Part shown: positions 9,928 to 22,420 of the stretch, one piece after another
Layout of the letters: each line of letters starts with the position of its first letter
How positions within the stretch are numbered: the stretch's first letter is position 1
From: Harriotta raleighana
Lineage: Eukaryota
NCBI GenBank assembly: GCA_050575255.1
Contig: JBNZDD010013577.1
Location: 88,228-152,227, forward strand
Direction of reading: 5' to 3'
Length of the DNA: 64,000 nucleotides
The notes under the pieces: generated by a model
Databases searched by the model: none
The model's input: the letters and a program-made list of their open reading frames with translations, nothing else
What the model was told of the DNA's origin: nothing
Translations under genes and position numbers: made by a program

Positions 9928-12900
9928 GTAAGAGCAGCATTAAGTATATCCTCTCTGGGTTTTACAGAAGCCAAAAAAGGTTTCATTTGTAGCATGGTTA
10001 GCAGTGGTATTTTAAGCAAATATGCAGTATCTAGCGCTGAGGATTCAAAGGTCCACCTGACAAACATTTATCTGGCTGAAGTGAATTGCTCTTTTGCATT
10101 TGCTAGAACAACCTTCAAGAAAGGAAAACAATAATAAATTGGTCATTTCAATCCACAACTGTTTGTGGGACACTGCTGTGTGCAATTGCCTGCTGCATTT
10201 TGCCCACAAATATACAGTCAATTCACATTACAGTACATTCTGTGAAGCGCTTTGAGACGTCTAGAAGATGTGAAAAGCGCTATACCAAATACAAGGACTA
10301 TTATTAGGTGGTGTTTTCTGTTTTTTCTTTTTAACAAAATGCATTTTGCATTTTTGTGAAACATTAATGATGGAGGTAAGCGGCCAGGATAGGCATCAAC
10401 TGCTGGTTATGGAGGATTGTGGAATAGATCTCATGGCAGGTGTTATATCCATTATTTGCTTCTACAAAAGTAGAACAAGTTTCTGCTTTAGATGGCTGTC
10501 CTCCCACTCCCCCGGCTTGGAGTCATCCACCATTGTCAAGCGCTGTGGGATGCTACCCTGCGTGAGATGCACTATATAAATGCAAGTTGTTGTTGTTGTT
10601 GTTGAACGGGATTGGGCTAGGTACAGATTCCGATGGAAAATTGTTCTTTGGGGGCACAAGAGTTCCATCTTCCATTCATCACTAGGAAAATCATTTACTT
10701 TTTACAATGGGATTTCCATTATAGCGAGTTAACTATTTTAAGCAATCGGTTTTCAACACCCAATTGAGTTCCGTGGTGTCAGTGGTTAAATATAGGGAAG
10801 GAAATCGTAAGATGAAGTTAGATCAAGTAAGTGATTTTGGATATACATAGATATGAATATTGCAGTAATTGCTAATTTATGAGCAATGCAATCAGTAAAT
10901 CAAAATCACAAAATATTACATTCCAATAAATAATGTTTCTGCTTTGCTATTCAAATTGTCAGACTGAATTCTCATTCATTTACATACATTGTATTTTTCA
11001 TAATACAAACCAAAGTTTCAAGAATATAAAATAACCACAGAACTGGGACTAAAAGCACGTTGTTTTAATGCTAATGTTTCATTTTGTAAAGTTCTATAGC
11101 TGAGTGGTGTGGTGTCCTGTAGTTCGCACTTCGTAAGTGAGAGACCTGGATTCAATTCCCAGCAGGGTGAAACCATGGGAAAGTTTCCTTACTCCAAATG
11201 CCTGATAAAAATCTCCAAATAATTTTTTAAAAGAAAAATAAATAATAATAATTTGGGCACTCAATCCACAAATGTTGTGGGATACTGTTCTGCATAATTG
11301 TCTGCCATATTTCCCCCACAAATATACAGTCACTACACTTTACAGTATATACTGTGAAGCGCTTTGAGACATCTAGCAGACGTGAAATGTGCTATATCAA
11401 ATGCAAAGATTTTAAAAATATTATTTTTCCTCTCCACTTCATCTTAAAAAAATTTAATTAAATTTTAAAAAAAGTTTTTATTGTTGTTGTTTTTGTTATT
11501 ATCAAAAACAACAAAATTGCATTTGTAGGACCTCTTTCATGTCGGGAAGATGTCCCAAGGCTCTGAACTGTCAGGGGTCAGGACCAGAGCATAGGGGTGC
11601 AGGGTTGGAATGAGTGAGGGCGGAGAGTTAGGGAAGCGGGTGAAGGCACGCATATCATATTGATATGTCTGAAACTGCTTCACATTCTTGGTAATAAATA
11701 TGACTGTGTATTTGGAGTGAATGAATAATTATGATGCATACACTCAGATTTGTGGATAGAAGAGATTTTTGGGGGTGAATAGGGTTTTACCCATTGCCCC
11801 ACTTTCTCTTCCCCCTTCTCACCATCAAGAGAAGGCGACTTTACCCTTCCATTCCTTACACCATGACATCTTGAGCAATTGAATGGGCCTGTCTCACCTG
11901 GCAAGAACTGAAGGCAGTTCTATATTCCCGTTTCTCCGCTACTCTTTGATCCTCTTGCAGATCAAACTCCTCATATCTGGACCCTGTCCCATCCTGATCA
12001 CAGCCAATAGAGGGCCAAAGGCAAAACATTCCTGTCAGTCCCCACGTCCCTATCACGTGGAGGTACAGGTTGTCCGATTCCTACATCTGGACTTCAAAGA
12101 CTTTGTGAGGTATAACACCTAACAAGTAATTGAAAAGGCACTTGGCCTCAGCCAAAAAGTCAAGAAGTGAAGAATTAAAAAGGGGAAGTTGGGAGAGGCT
12201 GCCTGTTTATATACATTGTCTGTGATGTTAAAGGTATGGAATGTGACAAGGAAGTTTAGGGGACTGGGGAAAGGTAACGTAAGTCACTGATTGGCTGCTA
12301 TAGGATAGAAAAGACTGGAGCAGGACGCCTGGTGACTGACCAGCACCTGGTCAAAGTGACCAGTCTTGTGGAAGGGCAAAGTCAGACAACAACAACAAAG
12401 TTACACTTGTATAGTGGCTTTCACGTCAGGAGGACGTCCTAGGGCGCTGAAAATTATAGGCTCAAGTCCCATGTTGGGACTTTGAACTCAAGAACTGACA
12501 TACCAGTGCTGCACTGTTGTCCCGCTGACGAGATATTCACCAAGGTATCGACTGCCAGTTCAGATGGATGCGAAAGACCATGCACTGTTTGAGAAGAGTC
12601 TCTCCAGGTGTGTTGGCCAACATTCCTCTAGATAAAGGTGACCCATATTAGTACTCCCTACTATGTCACTTCCTTTATAGTCTGTGTGTGCAGGAAGTGT
12701 CACTGATGTCACTTTGTTTGTGAAGTATCATCCTCGGTGATGTTCGCACAAAGCCAGGGAGCCATGTTCCTCGCTGAAGTTGGCCCACAATGGAGCCTAC
12801 AGTCCTGTACACAAGCAGTGAGGGCACTCTAACAGAGCTCTTCTCCTGTAATGACAAACAATGGAAAATCTTAATGCTTCCTAATTTGTTTTGCCTTATG

Positions 12901-15900
12901 CATTAGCCAGTTTTAAATAAACACAACTAGTAAATTGCACTCAGGATTTTTGCTGCAAGCAGTTCCCTAGCTACACAGATAATGATAGCACTTGGGGGAA
13001 ATTCAGATTAGCCTGACGTGGGCAAGATTATTGCTATGGCAGCCACATTATGTAAACAGGGAGTGATTTAGCTGGTCCACATGCTAACCACACATTTTTG
13101 TTGTGGTTCATGTTAACAAGGTTTTTTTCAGCACAGGAACACAGGAACACTTGCATTTAAATGGTGTCTTTTATGTAGGATAACACCTCACAATATTTTA
13201 CAAAGAAGTGAATCACCAAGCTAGGAAGCAGCAATAGGGTTTTTCAGGATGTTGATCAAAATGCAGTCAGAGAGGCAGGTTTTTGAAAGAGTTTTCAGAC
13301 TAGAAGAGAAGGATCGAGATGAAGGGATATTGTGCAAGAGTCTCAGAAAGCAAGGGATTAAGGCTGTAAACTTGGTCATCAATGTTAGGACATAGTGGGG
13401 AGGGCAAGGAGTAGCAAGCCTGCGGCAACAACAACTTGTATTTATAGAACACTCCTCACTCACGGTAGTCGCTCGGAGTTTTGTAGTTGAACAAAGAGGA
13501 TTGATGTGCTGGCAGAAGATTGAGCCCAGTAAGGATGAGGTGTAGTAGGTATGTAGAGCTTGGTGGGGGAGAGGATATGGGCAAGTGTTCAGTATGGGCT
13601 GGAGTTTGTAGAGGGTTGGAGTGAGGATGTTTGGTTGGAGTATGTTTTCCATGAAATCTCATCTTGAATTAACAAGTGCAATGCCAGCTACCCATAGTTA
13701 CAATCCTGGTAGTTATAAACTCGGGATTCCATATGATAACGGTGCTCCCAAATCCCAGGATTTATGGAAGAGTATTTAGGGAATGTAAACTACTTTTTAA
13801 AAAAAGCAGCAAGGTTTCTTTCTGCTCATCGCTGTGTTTTATTTCTATCTCTCTTTCTCTCTATTTTTTTCTTGAGTAATTTCTGTAGAAAAGCAGCAAA
13901 ATCATTGACTACTTCCAACATTGGGAACCAACATCTTTTAGATGTGATTCTAAACAGCATTCTTGTCTGTCTGTTCAGGTCGACGCTAAACATCTGAGGC
14001 ACTATTCAAAATGACAGGCGAGTTTTTCCGCAGTGTCCTGACCAACAACCCTCTGAATAAAATTGGTCAACCACTTCATGGCTGTTTGTAGGTCATTGCT
14101 TTGTGAAGAGTGGCTGATCATCTACAATTTGCACAGTCACTATCCCTTCCAATAAATTCTATGAAGCACTTTGAGACATTTAGATAATGTGATAAGATAT
14201 TATATCATATACAAGCATTTAAAGAATACAATAGTAATCCTTGTATTTGATACAGAGCCTTATTACAACATTGAGATGCCTCAAAGCGTTCACAGAATAT
14301 GCTGTAAAGTGAAGTGAGGGTATATTTTGTGGATGAAACCCAGCAGCCAATTGTGCACAGCAGTGACTCCCAAACAGTCATTTATCCTTTATAACTTCTC
14401 ATTCTTTTCAGACACAGACAATCTGGGGGGTGGGGGTTGAACAGGAACAAGTGAGGTTTCTGCTCATTTTGAAGCTGAGTTGGACTGGACAGACTGGACT
14501 GCTGTACACCTGACAACAGACCAATTGTCAATGAGAGTGAACTGATGGAATGTGATCGGTGATGTCCTTGCACTATGAGTAGAGAGTTATACGGTTTTTG
14601 TGCCTTGCTGTGGAGAGCTTTGCCTGTTACTTCCTAGTTTAAGAACAGCTGCAGGGCTCACTAACATTGCATGTTTTTGTTGGTTACGAAACAATAATCA
14701 TCCCTGAGATGGTATGTCAGTGTTCTGGCTCACAGTTCATTTGTTCGTCTGTGTGTAAGATAATCTTAGGGTGGAATACAATGTGACACCTTAAAAATGG
14801 TTGGTTGGTTAGTGCTGCCAAACAACTAGGTCAGAAGCTCACAATTCATTCTCTTTTGAGTTAGCTAATCTCAACCAGGGTAGTACAGGGTAGTGCCACA
14901 CTTGACTTCAACAACAATAACAATTACACTTGCATAGTGTCTAGGTGGTTAGGACTAAGAGGGCTGAAGAGTGGGGAGAGTAGGGATAAGAGGGTGACTG
15001 AAGGCACGGTTAAACAGGAGGGTCATGAGATGGGTCTTGAAGGAGGTAAGGCAGGGGGCGAGCTGGAGTTCTAATGGGTGGGGACAGAGAGGCTGACTTA
15101 AGCCACTGTGGGTGGGCTAGGCAGGAGTAAAATTATCCTGGGCTTTGGATCCCTATCCCTCCACTGGAAATTGTGGATGTCCATTAAACTCAGGATCAGC
15201 CTTAGCTTTGGAGCCCACTTCTGGCCAAATACTTTGCAGATACTCACCATGGAGATTTGAATAATGGGCTCGTTGGTATGGAATTCAACACCTTCAGAAG
15301 ACAGTTGGGGGCCAAAAATAATGATAGAATAGATGCTATGGACAGTAGAAATTTGACAATTTGAGAACTATCTGGTCTTGATGATCCATCCATCAATTTC
15401 AATTTATCCTAAACTCCTCTGCATAGTCTCAGCCTTTGCCAGGCTCCACTATCTCCCATTAGATCAATTCTAGGGGTCTTCATCGCCAGAATCCTTCCAT
15501 ACTTTAGCACCTTAATATCTCTCTGACGTTTTCCTACGTCATACTCTCTGTTCATCTTCTCTGCCTGGCTAAGTCAGGCTTGCTGCACAACCCGCCCTAT
15601 CCAGGCAATCATCAGTGGCGAAGCTTTCAGTTTCTACTTCCCCAAACTTTGTAATTCACCCATTTTGGCCCCTCTTTATCCTCAAGTCTAATAATAATCC
15701 CACATATATACAGTCGATTCACTTTCTACAGTATATTCTGTGAAGCGCTTTGAGACGTCTAGAAGACGTGAAAACGCGATATCAAATGCAAGGATTATTA
15801 TTATTAACATAAGTCTCGTCTAAAAACTACCTTTTCTAACATGGCTACAACTTGTATTTACATAACATCCTTCACGCGGGGTAGGTTCCCAGAATGCTAT

Positions 15901-16539
15901 CACTATGGTCATCTGCCCCATCACCTCCCCTCTCTCCTACCTCATCATTGTGAAGCATTGGACATGTTAACCAAAGTGAAGGACGCTCTAAAAATGAAAG
16001 TTGTTGTTGTGTTACAAAATGAGTGATTGGCCCAAAATGAGTGGGAGTTCCATCCCGATCATGTCTGCACCTGCCAGCAGGTCAGGATCACACAGCATAG
16101 TGAGGCAGGGGTGGAGAAGGAGGTTGGTGACCTGTAACTTCCTGCATTTCATCCCAGTATAAAAGGACAAGCCGCAATATTCAATTACATATATTTATGA
16201 GTCAGTCAGACAAAAAATTAATGGTTAGACAAATTATTTTTTGTAATTTGGTGTGCCCTGGGTTGTTTTGTACATTAGATCTAAAAGTCTCTTATTCACT
16301 TAGAGTGGAAATGAGAAGTTTCCTGTGCTATGAATCTACAGAGGCTGGTTTCTGCTGTTCTGTGGTGCCTGCACAGCTGGGCGGGTCTGTCTGCCACTAC
16401 TGTTTCTCCTCTAATGTTGTGTCTGACTTTTGTGTAATAAATTGAATATTCCTGTTGTACCTCTTTGGTTTTGGTTCCTGTAACAACAGAAGACCTTTGT
16501 TTGTACTGGTTTTTATAACAACTGTTTCCTCTCCAACAG

Positions 16540-16659
16540 AGGACTGGGCAATTTAAGGAACTACCAAAGCGGTTTGGGCAGGAATTCCAGCGCTCCCCCT
16601 GCCACAGGAGGCTGGGCAGAGCAAAGGCGTTTGGTGGCAATCCACTGGAGAAGCTGGAG
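16540..16659 (+). CDS. Putative upstream alternative RGS14 exon, RGS12-like (RTGQFKELPKRFGQEFQRSPCHRRLGRAKAFGGNPLEKLE)
   Basis: tgtttcctctccaacag| ... GAG|GTGAGC; 120 nt, open, phase 0/0; resembles recalled RGS12 QRTSARRSFGRSKRFSITRSLDDLE, which precedes SATVSDGE. Confidence 0.65.
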
Positions 16660-19600
16660 GTGAGCAGAATCACAGAAATTATATCTCAGTAGCTGGCTAT
16701 TTGGCCCAATGCGTCTTATCTGGTGCTAGATCAAACACTGGAGCTAACTGCTTTAATCCGCATGTCCTGATCATTTCACGTAGCCTTTACTTCTATCCGA
16801 CTGTTTATCCAGTTTCCTTTTAAATGTTGTTGTGGATTCAGTCTTAATCGTCACTAGCCGTAAGCTATTTTTTCCTGTTTTGTTTATATTCAAGTGCTCT
16901 AGCAGTGCCGTGCTCTTGTTAGATAGTAATAATAACAATGCTTGGAATTGATATAGCCCCTTGTCATGTGGTCGAGATATCTCAGAGCCCTACACAGAAT
17001 ACACTCTAAAGTGAATTGATTGGTATAGACAAAACCAATTTCAATATCCCACAAACAGTCATGGATTGAATGAGCAATTTTTTTTAACGGATTATTACCT
17101 CAGAAATTGATCCGTCAATTGACCAATAAGAGTTTAGACTTACTGTTAGGTAAACAGAAGAGTGTGGCATAGGGAAACCTGCCTTGTGAGGTGAATGGTC
17201 GAACCAATATGCTACATGATACCCCTGGAGTACAATTGTGTTTAGGTCACACCCTGCCTCACTTTGACTGAACTGTACCCAAAGTGCAGTTTTGACAGCT
17301 GGGGGTGGAGTGGTGGAGGAGGGGTGGTGCAGTTCTGATCAAAGTAACCTGTGACTTCAAGGCCCAGGATCTAGAGCCAGTGAATATCAGAACCCTAGTC
17401 ACACGTGTAAGAGGGATGAGCTATGAGGAATGACAAGTTTAAACTAGGGTTCTTCAAACTGAAAGAAACATCCCAAAGATATTCCAGAAGCTGACTTTCT
17501 AGAAGTACATACAAGATGTTAAATGCGATCAGCAAATAATAATAACAATAACAATCCTTGCATTTAAAATAATAATCCTTGGATTTTACCACCTTGTCAC
17601 TTCTTTGAGATAAAAGTATTCATAATAATATTATTACTAATAATCCTTGCATTTGATAAAGTATTTTTCACATCTTCTGTATGACTCAAAGCGCTTCACA
17701 GAATCTGTTGTAAAATGAATTGACTTTAAAGAGATGTCTCAAATTATACACCGCAGTGTCCCACAAATAATTGTGGATTGAGTAACTACTTTATTATTTT
17801 TTGAAGAAATTAATACCCCTGGTAATAGCGATCCACTAATCGACTATCAAACGGGTTCCACTTACTGCTAGATAAGCAGAGTTGTGCGGAATAAAGAAAC
17901 TTACCCAGGGAATTGAACCCATGTCTTCTCGCTTGCGATGCAGAATGCAGAAGAATACTTCCAGGCGCATCAAGGCAATGGGAAAAGAGGACAATTTTAG
18001 TACAGACACCCAGAAGTGTTTCTTTATGTGAGTGTTCATGGTTGGAATGGGTTAGCAGAAAGGGTCAGGCCAGGACACAAGACTTGACTATAAAGCAACC
18101 TAATGCTAAGAATGGGAAGGCAGTAGATGTGTACATTCTAAATAGTACTGTAGTTGACGGTCCATAAAATGCCAAACAGTATCAGTGTCTAATGGGATGT
18201 GATCACCAGTCAGTACTTCTCCATCCACTGTGAATACAAGCAGAAAGTCAGCTTGCTTAAAAACACCAGTCAATTTTTGTGACATGGCTGGCTGACTTTA
18301 AAGTCATCAAATTGTTGTTCATGTCACTTCCTGTGCTTGGACATGGAAGTGAAACTTCCTTCTGAAGCGATGTCCTATTGAGGCAAGGTGACCAACTTTG
18401 TGTTTGCATTTTAAGAATTTTGTTAATAAATAAATATTGGCATTTACACCCAAACGCATATTTAAGCAATCGTCCATTGCAACAAAGTGTGTTTTATTGG
18501 CATTCTATTGAATTCTGGAAAGATGAAATCAAATGGGTCCAAATGCCCTTTTCATCCATAACATTTATATGAACTTCAGATCCCTATTTGGGTTCTGATG
18601 GTTGAACATAGATCTGGATGACTTGGATCCATTTCCTTCCCCACACCCGATCAAACAGTCTCCCAACACTTGCTGTCTAGACTTGCGGATAGGTATTAAC
18701 CCTTGAAAAAGGAAGCGGCTTTATTAATGGAACAAGGAAGCTACAGAGCAAGGCAGAACAAGAGAGCAAGAGAGGAGGAAATGGAACACAAATAGGATTA
18801 TATTTAAACTCAATAGCTCAGAAAATGCTTGGATATCCTGGGATTGTCCCAGACGAGGTTCGATATTCTGACAGGAATAAAGGAACAGGAGACTATGAAA
18901 GAATTCAGCTTGTTTGCTTTCCTATTGTGTCACACCTGGTCACACACTGTTCCCTCCTCTCATCACCATCAGAAAGTGACCTTCAGCTTCCATTAATTAT
19001 AAGCAAATTGTGTTAACCGTCAGTAAGAGTGGATTAGATAGAGAAACAAATATTGTGAACGATTGTGGGCTATATTAAGGTGTGAGAGTGTGCATTGTTT
19101 CTCTATTTCCTGCCACTGCCAAGAGCATGTCAAGTGTAAGGCGAGTGCTCTAACCGCTGAGCTACAAGACTTGTATCGATGTTATTTCTTCCCACATGAA
19201 CAATTGCAATTGTTTCCTCACCTGCTCCCTGTGGCATTTAGTCAATTCTTGACCAAGGCATCATATTCTTGACCTGGACACCCAATAGGCAAGTTACCTT
19301 TTTGTTTTCTGGGTCTGGTTTGCACAAAACGTGATCTGGGAACTGAATAGTCAAATTCCTTAATATCCCAACTTGTCTGCTACTCTATCTCTTCTTCCCT
19401 CCTTCCCGGGAAGACTGTTGGATTGCCTCTGTGTACAACATTCCTTTGCCTATCTCAGACATCACTTGGGTTTCCATATCATCTCTCTCCAGAGGAGAGA
19501 AATTGCTGGAGAGAACCAGGGATGTCTGCTCCTGCTCCATTAGCCAACCACAATTTCTGGCCCCTTTCCTAACGGAGACCCAGTCCCCTCCCAAGACTAG

Positions 19601-20740
19601 CCACTCGTTGACCACTTCAGCCTTGATTTCTCTACCAACTTGCAGTTATTGAAGAACACCTTGTCCTTACTCCACCTGCCTAATAATAATCCCTCAAAAA
19701 AAGACAATGATAAATTGATAATTTCATCCACAACCGTTTGTAGGACACTGCTGTGTGTGATTGGCTGCCGCATTTCGCCCACAAACATACAGTCAATTCA
19801 CTTTGCGGTGTGTTCTGTGAAGTGCTTTGAGACGTATAGAAGACATGAAAAGCGCTTTATCAAATGCAAGGATTATTATTAACTTTACAAAGAAAGATAT
19901 ATAAATGGAAATTGTTTTCAAGCTTCTATTTAAAAAAAACAAGTTAACACGTTATTATTTTATCCATTTTGATTAAAGAATGATCACTAAATACTTAACT
20001 CAGGAATTAGTGGAGCTGGAAACATCTATTAGAAAATTGTCACACACTCTATGACTGTTTGTGGGACATTGCTGTGCAGAATTGGCTGCTGTGTTCAGCC
20101 ACAATATACATACTGTTACATCATTTTACAACATTGCCTGTGAAGAGCTTTGAGACATCTCAATGACGTTATAAAGTACAAGGAATATTATTATTATCTT
20201 CTCAAAGGAGAAGTTAATATTTACACCGGGTAATTAACAACTGGAACAGGTTACCAGGAAGGGTGGTTCATGCTAGAACACTTGACTCATTGGAAAAACA
20301 GACTGATGATCTAATGGAAGTGGGGTTAGTGTTCTGGAAGGATGAGAACAAATGGGTTGAAGCGTTTTTTTCATCCAAACCTCTGTTGTGAGTTTGTTAC
20401 AGTATATTGACAGTGCCATTAACCCAAGAGTACTTTGACTCATTGCAACTGTGTATATTACAGTTGCTCATTTCCTTCACACAGTCAGGCTCAATGACTC
20501 TCATAGCAAAATTTTCCCCTGATGTCAGCATTCATTGTTTAAACACAATTTGTTTTCACATTTGCATAGAGAGGGGGAAGGAAGGTGTTCAATTCAGGTT
20601 GCGGATGTGCTAGCCTTGCAAATAAGTTAAATGATCTCTTTCATTTGTATGTTCATTATTCGTTGTAGGTATCAGATAGGTTTAGTTGGCAGTGCTTTTG
20701 CCTCTGATTTAGAAGGTTGTGTGTTTAACCATTCATTTGG

Positions 20741-21340
20741 TACAGTAAAAGCCCATTTATCCGGCACCCACAGGACCTGGCCAGTGTCGGTTAAATGGCT
20801 TGCCGGTTAAATTTTTTTTAAAAAAAATGTTTAATTAAAAATTATTTTAACTCATCCATATTAATAATANAAAAAAAAAAAAAATGTTTAATTAAAAATT
20901 ATTTTAACTCATCCATATTAATAATAGACTAAATAACAACAGATAATAATATAATTTTCCATGGGTATTTTATTGTAAATATTGTACACTATATCACATA
21001 AATAAGACTAAATACAGTAATAACAGATACTGTTATAAAAGAATATTGTATGGGTACTTTATTGTAAGTATTGTATACTGTACCATATTAATAATAGACT
21101 AAATACACAAATAACACTTACTATAATAACAGAATATTGTATTAGTACTTTATTTTTCATACTTAACTTCTACAATTGTGGCCCCCACGGGAGGAAAAAA
21201 ACGGCAGGATGATTTTCAGACTATACTAGCTGAACGTCGACATACCTGCACAGTACTCTCGTGCGACAATCGATTCATTAAATGCGCCACCACTATTCTG
21301 CTGGATAACGTCTGGTTAATCGGATGGGGACTTTTTTTGA
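20741..21340. mobile_element. Possible Tc1/mariner (pogo/Tigger-like) non-autonomous remnant
   Basis: TA|CAGTAAAAGCCCATTTATCCGG terminus, AT-rich internal repeats; the right TIR is only degenerate. Confidence 0.4.
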
Positions 21341-22381
21341 TGTGCAGGTTATACAGGTCTTCTGGTTCCTCGGGTCACGTAATCCCTGATTGGTGATCTC
21401 CTCCCACCGTGTTCATCATATGTGAAAAGCACTGTGTATGTATGGCAGGGTGAAATGTTGGGCAAGTTTCCTTACCAAATGCCTGTTTATCTCGCAGTAA
21501 GTAGAATTTAAGAAACATAAGAAATAGGAGCAGGAGCAAGTCTGCCCCACATGTAGGAACCCGGTTGTTAGTCGATTGACGGATCGCTTTACCGGGGGTA
21601 ATAGTTTAAAAATATTACAAATGAGTCACTCAATCCATGACTATTTGTGGGACACTGCTGTGCACAATTGGCTGCCGGGTTTCACCTATAAAATATAAGA
21701 CAATTCACTTTACAATTTTCTGTGAAGAATTTTGAGACATCTTCAAGATGTGATAAAGCGCTATATCAAATGCAAGGATTATTCTTATTCTTATTAATAT
21801 ATCAGAAGATTAGAGTTTGCATATAAATGGGAAGCAGATTGCAATACAGAAACACTCATACTGCTTTAGGATGCCAAATGTTGATACATGTGAAACACAT
21901 TGCTGGAGGTTTTCCTTTCCCTTCCAAATGTACGGATCTGACAACTCCAATTTAGTTGCAATCCAAGCTGATAGAGCCACATTAAAAGGCAACGTAAGAC
22001 TATGTGGGGTGTATTGCTTTCCAATTGGCATTTTCACATTGTTCAAACTCATTTTGTCAATGGTTCCTTTATTACACATGGGGAATTAGCTGCCTAAGCT
22101 GTTCAGACTACCACTCCCTTTACAACCAAATACCTCATATAATAATAGTTCTAAAAAAGCAGACGAGATCATTGAAATTAAGGGGTGGCTCACAAAACTT
22201 AAGTCATTACTTCCTTCTGTGGTCTGTTACCATGGCAGTCCTTCCTGAGGCTAACAGGAAGAGTGACAGCTGTACCGGAGGTAGGACACATTTTTGAGCG
22301 GATTTCATCAATGTACAGCCGATCACCTCTTCTCAGCCAGCCACTTTCAGTTGAAATTATCAGATGTTCTAGATAAAAGAC

Positions 22382-22420
22382 ATGGCAGGAAAAACAAAAT
22401 GCATGGTGAATGGGCGTTTG
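22382..22420 (+). CDS. RGS14: RGS14 canonical coding exon 1 ([13 protein letters not shown])
   Basis: gacATGG start, donor TTG|GTGAGT, 39 nt phase 0; resembles MPGKPKHLGVPNGRM. Confidence 0.8.

Noticed and set aside
10367-10381. ATG ATG GAG|GTAAGC as a first exon
   Set aside because: Only a donor-like motif beside a SINE tail, with no further support.
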